A stretch of DNA of 57,295 bases from an uncultured Anaerolineaceae bacterium (GCA_964482355.1 CAYZXF010000335.1:1-57295); one strand, 5' to 3'. Numbered from the stretch's first letter, positions 31,645-40,086 are shown. Notes: generated from the sequence alone by a model not told the origin. A program made the numbers and translations.

Positions 31645-33341
31645 TCGAAAAACACCGACGCGGCCTTTATGCCGCCATCACGAGCGTAACCATCTGCGGC
31701 ACCGATCGAGCGCAATCGACTCAGCACATTTCCGAAATGACTACTGGTTCGGCTGTAACCTGAACTCACGCATATATCATCCTCAGTGACGCGCGCGCCG
31801 TTCGCTAAAATCAGTACGTCGAGGATTTTGTTCGCTGCGCCACCTAGCTTCGGCCGCAACCATTCCCGCAACTCAGGGCCGGTCGGTTTTTCTTCGGCAA
31901 CCGGACTCATGACCGCTTCGCCAGCCTCAGTAATTCGCCAACCGCTCACCAGGCCAGCGGTACGCAAGCTGCTAATAACGTTACCAAGATGGCTGCTTTT
32001 CGACGAGTAACCGGCATAAAATGACAGCTTATTTTTCGTCGCTTCCTCATCGCGTAACCACCAGAACGCTCGCAGGATGGCCACCTGAGCCTTGCCTAGA
32101 CTATCAATCTGTGGAGGTGCGGCAGAAGACGCATTATGTCCCACGAGGACACCTACTGGAGGTGCAGAGGGCCGCTCTGGCTGAGCAAGTTTTTTCTGTG
32201 TCACTTTCAGCAACGGCGGCACTGGCACATCAGAGTCAGGATTTATCATTTCCAGCAGTTCATTGACATAATTAAAAGCCGATTTTTGCGCGCACTGCAG
32301 CGAACTCACCCGATCCTCGAGCTGACTCACGTACTCGACTAGCTTCGAAGTATTCTCACGCAAAACCTCTAACTCACCGTTATCTCTGTCATTTTTTGAT
32401 AGCTTGATTTCCTTTTCCAGCACGCGAATACGCTGTTTCAATAGCTTCGGGTCAATCTCTTGAGCGCGTTTGATCGTACCGGCCATCTGCTCACGCAATC
32501 TCGATACGTCGACATCGGCCAGGCGGGCTGTCTTGCTTTTCACTGCCATTTTCGGCGTCGATCCAGAATCGAACGTATTACGGCGGCGGAACTTTACCTG
32601 TTTTGTGCATTTCAGAAACTGCGGCGACCACACCCACGCCTCGCCGTTAGCGAGCCCAGGCAGCGTCTTGAGTATGTCGCGAGACTGGTCGTTGTACTTA
32701 ACCCATTCCTCAATCGCCTTGCGATCTTGAGGTCCTGTAGTTCGCATGGCGATCAGGGTCTGTACTTGCGTCAGCACGTTTTTGTTTATCGATGCACTGC
32801 GCTGAGTGATCATCGTCATTCCAAGACCCCGGGCCCGGCCGCGCCGAACGATATTCTCCCACGCACGCAATAACTGCCCCTCATCACGCATCGGTCGCTG
32901 CGGAATGTAGTCGTCAGCCTCCTCAAGGAATAGATGCAGCGGTTCCTCGTTGCGCTTATATAGACGCCGCGAAAAATCGAGTAAAAACTGTTTCTTTGCC
33001 GCCTCGCTATCGAAGTCTGTCAAATCCAAGATGCACGACAGACGCTCATCGACAACGATATCGGCAATCAGGCGACCACCAGTGCGCTCCAACGGCACAT
33101 CGCCGCGCTTTCCGCCGAACAGCGGTATATCAAGACCTGCACCGGAGCCAGTTTTCGACGATCGCATACCCCACCACGATCCAACCGGATCAACGACAAC
33201 GAATGGCAGCTCACGGGCGAACATTTCTTCAGCCATAACGGTCGCAGAATTCGACTTCCCGGCGCCGCGAGCCGCAAGAATCCCGAAAGTTTCAGTGATC
33301 GCCTCATCTGGTATCGAGAAGCCTTTACCGAGATTTAGCAT
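31641..33341 (-). CDS. HerA/FtsK-type P-loop ATPase with two C-terminal winged-helix-like repeats
   Basis: 566 aa. Walker A is GILAARGAGKSN at residues ~20-31, Walker B is LHLFLEEADDY, and ITQRSASINKNVLTQVQTLIAMRT follows. Two ~70-aa repeats are present (YAGYSSKSSHLGNVISSLRTAGLVSGW and SSGYSRTSSHFGNVLSRLRSIGAADGY). Confidence 0.75.
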   Translation of the reverse strand: MLNLGKGFSIPDEAITETFGILAARGAGKSNSATVMAEEMFARELPFVVVDPVGSWWGMRSSKTGSGAGLDIPLFGGKRGDVPLERTGGRLIADIVVDERLSCILDLTDFDSEAAKKQFLLDFSRRLYKRNEEPLHLFLEEADDYIPQRPMRDEGQLLRAWENIVRRGRARGLGMTMITQRSASINKNVLTQVQTLIAMRTTGPQDRKAIEEWVKYNDQSRDILKTLPGLANGEAWVWSPQFLKCTKQVKFRRRNTFDSGSTPKMAVKSKTARLADVDVSRLREQMAGTIKRAQEIDPKLLKQRIRVLEKEIKLSKNDRDNGELEVLRENTSKLVEYVSQLEDRVSSLQCAQKSAFNYVNELLEMINPDSDVPVPPLLKVTQKKLAQPERPSAPPVGVLVGHNASSAAPPQIDSLGKAQVAILRAFWWLRDEEATKNKLSFYAGYSSKSSHLGNVISSLRTAGLVSGWRITEAGEAVMSPVAEEKPTGPELREWLRPKLGGAANKILDVLILANGARVTEDDICVSSGYSRTSSHFGNVLSRLRSIGAADGYARDGGIKAASVFFE

Positions 33342-33598
33342 CCACGATCCCCTATAGCATCGTCGATTGCTTTGAGCTGCTCATCGCTGATGCCGCCAAG
33401 CTGTGGGTTATGCAGGTTTGCCGACACCATGCGCAGCAGACCTTTCAATACGACTGCATCCTCATATCGCACCCAATCACCGTTGTACTTCTCGGTGATG
33501 GCAATGCGGGCAATGGCTGTATTGCGCTGCGCTGGTGCCACTCCTGTAACGGACTGCTGGCCGCGCGTGATTTCGGAAGTGATGTTGTAGCGCTTCAT
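33335..33598 (-). CDS. Hypothetical protein
   Basis: The track ORF is 33335-33655. The ATG at 33598 forms an ATGA overlap with the upstream stop. Confidence 0.45.
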   Translation of the reverse strand: MKRYNITSEITRGQQSVTGVAPAQRNTAIARIAITEKYNGDWVRYEDAVVLKGLLRMVSANLHNPQLGGISDEQLKAIDDAIGDRGC

Positions 33599-33807
33599 CT
33601 CGGCAGCCTCGGCGGCAGTTGTTTCGGGCAGTGCCGGCAAACTGGAGCTGCCCATAAAAAGAAATATCCGACCGCATCCTTTTCGATCTCAGCCTTGTCG
33701 GGCTCGCCACCAAGATCAACGCGCGCTACCCAGTCGTGCTGACCAAGCAGGCAGGCAACCCATTGCATTGTGGTAGGTTCCTTGCGAGTGACGGCATCCG
33801 GCATCAT
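33595..33807 (-). CDS. Hypothetical protein
   Basis: The track ORF is 33595-33840 (TTG start). I prefer the ATG at 33807. Confidence 0.4.
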   Translation of the reverse strand: MMPDAVTRKEPTTMQWVACLLGQHDWVARVDLGGEPDKAEIEKDAVGYFFLWAAPVCRHCPKQLPPRLPR

Positions 33808-33824
33808 GTCAGGGATTGCGATAC

Positions 33825-33959
33825 TCACTGCAGCAGCCAATAAATGATTAGACCAACCGCCATGAGAACGAATGGCAGGTCAAAAAACCAGAATTTAATT
33901 GGATTTTCTTCAAATTCATCGATCAGGCGCCGAAATACGCCGCGTTTTTGTTTGGTCAT
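33825..33959 (-). CDS. Candidate 44-aa membrane protein
   Basis: Below the track cutoff. It has an ATGA overlap with the RHH stop. Translation: MTKQKRGVFRRLIDEFEENPIKFWFFDLPFVLMAVGLIIYWLLQ (C-terminal TM segment). Confidence 0.35.
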   Translation of the reverse strand: MTKQKRGVFRRLIDEFEENPIKFWFFDLPFVLMAVGLIIYWLLQ

Positions 33960-34108
33960 ACAGGAATCCCCTTCTTTTCCGCCTGACGATGGATGTGATT
34001 CAACACATAGTTGGCAGCACTGATGCCTTCCTGATTCGCCAGCTTATGTAAGGCTTCACGCTCAAGCTCTTTCAAGCGCATTTGAAACTTCTTGTCTTTT
34101 CTGTCCAT
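33956..34108 (-). CDS. Ribbon-helix-helix (Arc/CopG-like) regulator
   Basis: ATG at 34108 lies within track ORF 33956-34222. MDRKDKKFQMRLKELEREALHKLANQEGISAANYVLNHIHRQ shows a beta-strand followed by two helices. No SD is visible, so the mRNA may be leaderless. Confidence 0.55.
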   Translation of the reverse strand: MDRKDKKFQMRLKELEREALHKLANQEGISAANYVLNHIHRQAEKKGIPV

Positions 34109-34191
34109 ACACGGTAATGTACACACAAACGGCATGACATGCAACATGCACACGCGAGGAAAAAAAATGACGCCGAATAAGCCAATTGAGG

Positions 34192-34210
34192 GGGGTGACA
34201 TTGTCACCCC
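34192..34210. repeat. 19-bp perfect palindrome GGGGTGACATTGTCACCCC, copy 3
   Basis: Read directly. It lies in the divergent region between the RHH gene and the recombination operon, ending 14 nt before the ATG at 34225 and 1 nt before its AGAGGA SD. Confidence 0.9.
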
Positions 34211-34224
34211 TAGAGGAACCAACC

Positions 34225-35283
34225 ATGACTGAAAAGAGCGCCGAAGACTTCATACCTGGGCAGGACGAGCTCGACAGCCCGGGCACGCTGATCAATTTCA
34301 ACATCAACGACGTGCGCATTGCCGAAGCCAAGGAGGAATTCAAAGCAATTGATGCGGCCGTCGACATGGATGCCGCCAAGAAAGCCAAGAAGGTGCTCAC
34401 CAAGATGCGCACCACGCTGGCTGACGCTCACAAGGAGCAAAAAGCGGAGGCCCTAGCCCATGGACAGAAGCTCGACGCCGAGAAGCGCCGCCTGCTGGCG
34501 CTGATCGCAGAGGTAGAGGACCCCATCAGCAAGCAGATCACGACCATAAAGAATGCCATCGAACGCCAAGAAGAAGATCGTATTGGCAAGATACAAGAGG
34601 CCATTCAGGTAATCGCAGACCTCGCCGAGGACCGCCACAGCCTGACCCTCGAGGAGCTGGAAGCACGCTACGGACAAGTCAGTACGATTTCGCTGACCGA
34701 GGAGGTGTATCAGGAGGAAATTGAACGCGCCGGCACCGTCAAGGAAGACGCTGAAATGAAGCTGCGTATCACTATTTCCAACGAAAAGGAGCGACTCGAA
34801 GAAGTGGCCAATCAGGAGGAAATCAGGTCTGAAAATGAACGTCGGCAAAAGGAGCTGGACGAACGCCTGGCCAAGCTGGACGTGGAGGAGGCCGAGCGTA
34901 AGGCTGCACAGAAGAAGACCGATGACGCTGCGGCCGAGAAACTGGCCAAGGAGAACGCTGAAAAGCAGGCCGAACTGGATCGCCAAGCCGAGGAAAACCG
35001 CAAGGCCAAGAAGCTAATCTACGACGAGAATGTGCGCATTGATCAAGAGAGGGCTGACAAGGAGGAGCGTGAGCGCAAGGAGCGGGAGCAACTCGAGGCC
35101 ACTGAGCGGGCTCTCAAGCTGGCTCCTGACACCGAGAAGCTTGAGATATATGCCGAGCAGTTATGCAGTATCCCTGAGCCAGAGCTTGATACCGACGCGG
35201 GCAAACGTGTGCTGGCGCTGACCGTTGAAAAGCTGTTAGTCGCGATCAACTATATCCACGACGAAACGAGGAAAATGAAATGA
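34225..35283 (+). CDS. Coiled-coil protein, first gene of the recombination operon
   Basis: ATG at 34225 (MTEKSAED...) follows AGAGGA. The protein is a long Glu/Lys/Ala-rich coiled coil. Similar proteins often precede Erf/RecT genes, but the family is not verified. Confidence 0.6.
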   Translation: MTEKSAEDFIPGQDELDSPGTLINFNINDVRIAEAKEEFKAIDAAVDMDAAKKAKKVLTKMRTTLADAHKEQKAEALAHGQKLDAEKRRLLALIAEVEDPISKQITTIKNAIERQEEDRIGKIQEAIQVIADLAEDRHSLTLEELEARYGQVSTISLTEEVYQEEIERAGTVKEDAEMKLRITISNEKERLEEVANQEEIRSENERRQKELDERLAKLDVEEAERKAAQKKTDDAAAEKLAKENAEKQAELDRQAEENRKAKKLIYDENVRIDQERADKEERERKEREQLEATERALKLAPDTEKLEIYAEQLCSIPEPELDTDAGKRVLALTVEKLLVAINYIHDETRKMK

Positions 35284-36161
35284 GTGAGTCAACCCCAGCG
35301 GAACAGCAGATTTATAAATGTGTCCACGAAGTCACAGGACCTATCGACGAAAAGCTGAGCCAGTTATCGAAAGACTTTATCGAGTCGCACGATGGCCTAC
35401 AGGACGGCGTATTAAAGTTAAGGCAGCATCTCAATGGCATCGAAGCCATGCTCGAGAACATTGAGAAAGCACCATCAACGCCTAACCGGGCTGAGCTGTA
35501 CGCTGCACTGGCCAAGGCTCAGGGAGAAATGAAGCCTGCCGAGAAAAACAAGACAGCCGAGATTCGCAAGAAAGATGACTACAACATCATCTTGTACACG
35601 TTTAAGTACGCCGATCTTGCGTCTTGCCTCGAGGCAATTCGTAAGCCATTTGCTGATAATGAGCTGTGCCTGATTCAGATACCCTCACTGGGCGAGGGCA
35701 ATGACATACACATGCGCACCGTGATTGGGCACTCGTCAGGGCAGACCGTTTCTTGTGAAATGACCATGAAAGCTGCAAGCGATACTCCGCAAGCAATCGG
35801 CACCGTCATGGCATACCTGCGGCGTTACTCATTGTGCTCAATAACTGGCGTGGCCCAGTTCGACGACGATGGCAGCGGTGGCATCAAGGACGAGAGCGAC
35901 TACCCTCGAATTACAACAGCCGAAGCCGAGCAAATCATCATCAAGGCGGACGAGCTGTGTGGCGCCCGCGCTGACCAGGTTATAGCCAGGATGCTCAAAG
36001 GCGTGTTTGGTGGCATCACCGTGGTAGGCGACATCAAAGCTGGCGAAGCAAAGGTGGCGCTCGTCAACCTGCAAAACGCGGCTGACCTGATCGAGAAGAC
36101 GGCCAAAGCAGCCAAGAAAAAGGACAGGGACGACAGGAAGGCTGCGGAGGATCAGGGCTAG
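35280..36161 (+). CDS. erf: Erf-family single-strand annealing protein
   Basis: 293 aa. YTFKYADLASCLEAIRKPFADNELCL...VIGHSSGQ...PQAIGTVMAYLRRYSLCSITGVAQFDDDGSG parallels the P22 Erf core motifs. Confidence 0.85.
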   Translation: MSESTPAEQQIYKCVHEVTGPIDEKLSQLSKDFIESHDGLQDGVLKLRQHLNGIEAMLENIEKAPSTPNRAELYAALAKAQGEMKPAEKNKTAEIRKKDDYNIILYTFKYADLASCLEAIRKPFADNELCLIQIPSLGEGNDIHMRTVIGHSSGQTVSCEMTMKAASDTPQAIGTVMAYLRRYSLCSITGVAQFDDDGSGGIKDESDYPRITTAEAEQIIIKADELCGARADQVIARMLKGVFGGITVVGDIKAGEAKVALVNLQNAADLIEKTAKAAKKKDRDDRKAAEDQG

Positions 36162-36165
36162 CCGG

Positions 36166-36597
36166 ATGAATGACAATGTAGTTCCACTATTCCCGGATCC
36201 TACCTGCGGAGACCCTGACAATATCACCGGGAAGTATATTCTGGTTGATAAAGTGCCTGTGTCATGCCCGGATTTGATGCGATGGGGCCGGTTCATGCAG
36301 GACGCTGATCGCCACGCTGCGCAAACGATGGTCAAGGGTGTCCGTGTATCCACGGTGTTCCTCGGTCTTGATCATAACTGGGACGGCGGTCCTCCGGTGC
36401 TATTCGAAACCATGATTTTCGGCGGCGAGCACGACGAAGAGTATCAGGAGCGGTGCTGCACATGGGCTGAGGCCGAGGATATGCACAAGGCAGCAGTCAA
36501 AGTTGCCAAAGTTGGCAAGAAAGTTCCGAGCTACAAGTGGGCCTGTAGAATAAAGGCGAAACGATTTCGCAAATTTATGAAGCGCTGGCGGCTCTAA
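36166..36597 (+). CDS. Conserved hypothetical phage protein
   Basis: 143 aa. VSTVFLGLDHNWDGGPPVLFETMIFGG is a motif I recognise from many phage genomes. No function is assigned to it. Confidence 0.6.
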   Translation: MNDNVVPLFPDPTCGDPDNITGKYILVDKVPVSCPDLMRWGRFMQDADRHAAQTMVKGVRVSTVFLGLDHNWDGGPPVLFETMIFGGEHDEEYQERCCTWAEAEDMHKAAVKVAKVGKKVPSYKWACRIKAKRFRKFMKRWRL

Positions 36598-37254
36598 TTG
36601 GACTGCCGCATCATCGCCGTAGAGCAGGGAGATAGTTCTGAGGAGTGGCTTGCCCTGCGGCGTTGCCGGATCACCTGCTCGCGCCTTGCGGATGTTTGCG
36701 CCGGCAAGGACACCAAGCGCTACAAACGATATTTGCAGGAGAAAATCAAGGAACTGTGTGGCCACAAGAGCGTGGAAGAATCCCCAGAATGGGCCTCGCA
36801 TGGAAAGGAGAACGAACCGCGCGCGCTGGCCGGCTACGAATTCAAGTACGGCGTCGACGTCGAGCACAATGTCTTTCTGATTTCCAATAAATATGATTGG
36901 TTGTCCTGTTCACCAGATCTGCTGGAGTTGCCGGGATACCTTGTGGGCGGTGAGATAAAATGCCGCGAATTATTCAAGAATTACCGCAAGTTTCGCAACG
37001 AGGCAGAGGCCCACAAAGGCACCACCCGAGCCTGCCCCGCGAGCGACCGACACCAGGTTCAAGGTGCAATGTGGGTCTCAGGTTTTAGCTACTGGTGGCA
37101 CATCAATTTTTATATTGGCGATGACTTGCAAGGCGGCATGGCACAAAAAATTACCAGAGTTGCCGTACCCAGAGATCAGGCATTGATCGACAAGATGGAG
37201 ATCAGATGTTTGGAGTTTATGCAGGAAGCCTATCAAGGAGCTGGACTGGCATGA
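36598..37254 (+). CDS. YqaJ-type (lambda Exo-like, PD-(D/E)XK) exonuclease
   Basis: TTG start. EEWLALRRCRITCSRLADV...GKENEPRALAGYEF...LSCSPDLL...GGEIKC matches the YqaJ recombinase-exonuclease motifs. It is paired with erf. Confidence 0.8.
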   Translation: MDCRIIAVEQGDSSEEWLALRRCRITCSRLADVCAGKDTKRYKRYLQEKIKELCGHKSVEESPEWASHGKENEPRALAGYEFKYGVDVEHNVFLISNKYDWLSCSPDLLELPGYLVGGEIKCRELFKNYRKFRNEAEAHKGTTRACPASDRHQVQGAMWVSGFSYWWHINFYIGDDLQGGMAQKITRVAVPRDQALIDKMEIRCLEFMQEAYQGAGLA

Positions 37255-37454
37255 AATACGCAGTTGCATTTATGATCTTTTCGCTTGGGATGTTGGCCGG
37301 ATCCGTTATCACAATTTACGAATACGGTCTCGCAAACACGCAGCGAACCTACGACGCCTATCGAGCCTGCATCCAAACATCGCAGTGCCTCATGACGGCA
37401 CAGGACTACATCGATTATTACAATTTGAAGTGGCAGTTAGAGGAAGAACAGTGA
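37251..37454 (+). CDS. Small membrane protein
   Basis: The ATG at 37251 forms an ATGA overlap with the exonuclease stop. MKYAVAFMIFSLGMLAGSVITIY is a TM segment. Confidence 0.45.
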   Translation: MKYAVAFMIFSLGMLAGSVITIYEYGLANTQRTYDAYRACIQTSQCLMTAQDYIDYYNLKWQLEEEQ

Positions 37455-37516
37455 ACCTGCTATGATGCAAATCCTTGCGTTACCCGGGCCTACCCTGGGA
37501 CTGAAAAGAGTGGATC

Positions 37517-37539
37517 AAGGGCGCTTCGGCGCCCTTTTT
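37517..37539 (+). terminator. Rho-independent terminator at the convergence point
   Basis: AAGGGCGC-TTCG-GCGCCCTT followed by TTT. It lies between the plus-strand operon end (37454) and the minus-strand gene end (37545). Confidence 0.7.
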
Positions 37540-37544
37540 AATGC

Positions 37545-37787
37545 CTACTCAATGCCGATGATGGCCTTCAGCGCAGCTTTCACCTCGCCGTCCACCTCCT
37601 TGCGGCGCTCAGCCTCAGCTTCGAAGCGTGTCGCAACGTCGATGATCTCTGCATACTGATCTTCTGATAGTGATCCGCCAGCGATCAGGTTCACGAATAC
37701 ATCAGCGGTCTCGCGCAAGCTTGGCAAAACCATTGATTCACGACAGCCGCCTATGCATTGTGCGGCCTTACATTGCTGTTCACTCAT
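37545..37787 (-). CDS. Hypothetical small protein
   Basis: 80 aa with N-terminal CKAAQCIGGC. Confidence 0.45.
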   Translation of the reverse strand: MSEQQCKAAQCIGGCRESMVLPSLRETADVFVNLIAGGSLSEDQYAEIIDVATRFEAEAERRKEVDGEVKAALKAIIGIE

Positions 37788-38097
37788 TTTCGGGGTCCTC
37801 CAAAGGCGTCAATTCGAATCCATGCGCTTTCATTTCTGCGTGGGTCATGGTTTGCTGGAATCGGTAGGTTGCCACATCATCGCTGAGTTGTTCAAGGTGG
37901 ATGTCCTGCTGGTTAATTTTAGCCGATGCCTGCAGCATAAAGAAAAGGCCCATGAATGCTACTGCGAAACCCATCGCTGCAAGCACCAGGGCGGCGGCTG
38001 ACAGCCCTACAGCAAGGGCTTCATTCGAAAATTTGCGCGCCAGTTTCGCGCCGAGATTAACCTTCTCGTCGAGGTCTTTCGCTTCCGCCATTTGCAT
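37780..38097 (-). CDS. Small membrane protein
   Basis: 105 aa with a central hydrophobic stretch, LAVGLSAAALVLAAMGFAVAFMGLFFML. Confidence 0.5.
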   Translation of the reverse strand: MQMAEAKDLDEKVNLGAKLARKFSNEALAVGLSAAALVLAAMGFAVAFMGLFFMLQASAKINQQDIHLEQLSDDVATYRFQQTMTHAEMKAHGFELTPLEDPENE

Positions 38098-38344
38098 ATC
38101 CCAACAAGGTTCTGACGTCTTCGCGAGTTTCCGCGCTTAGGACTGCGATATTTTCCAACTGAGCGTCGACAACGGCAATTTTGACGTCATGGGTATCGAG
38201 CCGCTGGCCATGGCTTTTGAGTCGCTCACCAATGGAATTAAACCAGTACCTCCAGCCCCATATCAAAAGACCAAACACCAGCGCAACAAAGCTGCCAAGC
38301 AGAAGGCCCAGCAATACATCCACTACATCGAACTCGTGCATCAT
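38057..38344 (-). CDS. Small single-pass membrane protein with a coiled coil
   Basis: 95 aa with an N-terminal TM, VLLGLLLGSFVALVFGLLIWGW. Confidence 0.5.
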   Translation of the reverse strand: MMHEFDVVDVLLGLLLGSFVALVFGLLIWGWRYWFNSIGERLKSHGQRLDTHDVKIAVVDAQLENIAVLSAETREDVRTLLGYANGGSERPRREG

Positions 38345-38402
38345 AAATCATCCGTGAATGGGTTTGGGCTATCTTACATACTTGGGAGTTTATGCCCAAA
38401 TG

Positions 38403-38714
38403 TTATTCGTCATTCTCTGGCGGCGGCAACCCCATCAGCCGGCGCATCGCAAGCTCATCTGCGCGGCGATTCTGCTCAATATCCTCGGCATTCTCCTCGC
38501 CAGTGCGCCTGTTGTGGGCGATGCTAGTGTCCATGTTGACGATCTTCGTTGTGCCAGAGAGGTTTTTGGTAAAGGCGGCATCAACAGCCTTGGTGACGTT
38601 GCTCGAAATCCTCCACTCCATGAGAGCCAGCCCAACGACACTGACCAACGTGAAGGCAGCAACCAGGCTGGCCAGCAATCCCTTGATCTCCTTGAGTTGA
38701 TCCCACTTACTCAT
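38403..38714 (-). CDS. Small single-pass membrane protein
   Basis: ATG at 38714 is preceded by GGGGAGAG. The TM is LLASLVAAFTLVSVVGLALM. The track ORF starts at 38765. Confidence 0.5.
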   Translation of the reverse strand: MSKWDQLKEIKGLLASLVAAFTLVSVVGLALMEWRISSNVTKAVDAAFTKNLSGTTKIVNMDTSIAHNRRTGEENAEDIEQNRRADELAMRRLMGLPPPENDE

Positions 38715-39420
38715 CCTCGCTCTCCCCATCAGCATACAGGCCGAGAATATAGGCCATGTCCTCATCGCTGTATTGTTGCGCTGGCGGGGCTTGCTGTTGC
38801 GCGATTACCGGGGCTGGTTGCGCTCTTGGTGCCTCCAGTTGCGCAGTCAGGGCATCAAGTCGCCCTACTATTGAGGCATTTTCTTCCTGCAGGTACTCGA
38901 TTTCCTGCTCCTGCTGCTGCGAGATTTCGTAGTGTTCATCGAATTGTGCGGCACGATCATACAAGCCGTACAAGTCCTCGCCCTCAATAATGGCTGGCTT
39001 AAAGTCATGATCAATCTCACAGGCCACCTCGGTCCTATACTCCATAAGAATCTCGGGCTGATTGCACAGTGCTTGCGCGGCCAGATCGTAGCGACCCTGC
39101 TTGAGATAGAACTCGGCCATGCAGACTTGGTTGAGCACCAACTTTTGCTTGCCACCAATGAGCAGTGACCACTGCGTCGAGCCAAGGCACTGCGCGATGT
39201 CCACATCCCCGAGCCCAGGTGCCACCACGTTGTAGGCACGGTTGCCTCCGGTGCTCAGGTTCAGCGTGTCACCCGCCACATCGACAGCACCACCAGTGAG
39301 CGACACATCGACATTCTGCTCAACATCAGGGCCGCCTGCCCATGCCGGCGAGACCGCCATCAAAACCACCAGCATTACCAAGGAGATGATGAACAGATCG
39401 ATCTTTGTTTGTGCTTTCAT
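38707..39420 (-). CDS. Secreted/periplasmic protein with a C-terminal coiled coil
   Basis: 237 aa. The signal peptide is MKAQTKIDLFIISLVMLVVLMAVSPAWA. It has four Cys, a Gln/Glu-rich coiled coil and an acidic tail. Confidence 0.6.
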   Translation of the reverse strand: MKAQTKIDLFIISLVMLVVLMAVSPAWAGGPDVEQNVDVSLTGGAVDVAGDTLNLSTGGNRAYNVVAPGLGDVDIAQCLGSTQWSLLIGGKQKLVLNQVCMAEFYLKQGRYDLAAQALCNQPEILMEYRTEVACEIDHDFKPAIIEGEDLYGLYDRAAQFDEHYEISQQQEQEIEYLQEENASIVGRLDALTAQLEAPRAQPAPVIAQQQAPPAQQYSDEDMAYILGLYADGESEDE

Positions 39421-39854
39421 AGTACCACCTTCGCCACAATGCCCAGAGCAATCAAGCCCCTGTGAAACCAGTTGTCAATAAAATGGTTGCGCGTCTCGCG
39501 TTCGAGTTGCTCCTGCACAATCTGCGTGAATGATCGCTGCAGCTTGCCGACATCGATTAGCTGGTTGTACGCCTGGCCCATCGCGTCCACGGCAGCAGCA
39601 TTCTCCTGCGCAATGGTGAAATTGCCCCCTGAAACCGTCATGTAGTCCACTACGGTAGCGAAATCCTCCTTGGTGAACGTGACTGTGTCGTCAGTCGTGG
39701 ACGCAGGCGAGGGGAACTCAGGCAGTCTGAGTGGCTGTTGCGCCTCCTCAGTTACCGGCGTTAGATCCCACTCGGGAATCTCAACTGGACTGCTGGCGCA
39801 CCCGCTCAGACTCAAAAGCAGAGAGCAGATCATCCATGTCAGAATCCTTTTCAC
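39417..39854 (-). CDS. Outer-membrane lipoprotein, candidate o-spanin
   Basis: GTG at 39854 is preceded by GGAGG plus a 6-nt spacer. The lipobox is in (M)KRILTWMICSLLLSLSGCASS. The start lies inside the i-spanin-like gene in another frame. At 145 aa it is long for an o-spanin. Confidence 0.55.
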   Translation of the reverse strand: MKRILTWMICSLLLSLSGCASSPVEIPEWDLTPVTEEAQQPLRLPEFPSPASTTDDTVTFTKEDFATVVDYMTVSGGNFTIAQENAAAVDAMGQAYNQLIDVGKLQRSFTQIVQEQLERETRNHFIDNWFHRGLIALGIVAKVVL

Positions 39855-40086
39855 TTCGCGCCTCCAATATGGCTTTCGTTTTTTCGGCGGCGAGTTTAGC
39901 ATTCGCCTTGTAACCGTCAGATTGTTTCTTGAGTTTCTCGGCCTTGGCCATGCCGGCCTTGGTGTCGGTAGCAATCTCTTTCTTGCGCCGAGTTTCAACC
40001 TTTTCCAGTGCCCGCCCATCGCGACCCAGGATAGCCAGCGCTGCGATCAGCAACAGCCCGCCAAATCCTATGATCCATTTTTTCAT
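39781..40086 (-). CDS. Candidate i-spanin (N-terminal TM plus coiled coil)
   Basis: The ATG at 40086 forms an ATGA overlap with the holin stop. MKKWIIGFGGLLLIAALAILG is followed by a Lys/Glu/Ala-rich helix. The track ORF (to 40254) is an upstream extension. Confidence 0.55.
   Translation of the reverse strand: MKKWIIGFGGLLLIAALAILGRDGRALEKVETRRKKEIATDTKAGMAKAEKLKKQSDGYKANAKLAAEKTKAILEARSEKDSDMDDLLSAFESERVRQQSS

Noticed and set aside
34453-34986. 177-aa minus-strand ORF rich in Leu/Phe/Gly inside the recombination operon
   Set aside because: It is the antisense reading of the Glu/Lys/Ala coiled-coil gene 34225-35283, so its low-complexity composition mirrors that gene.
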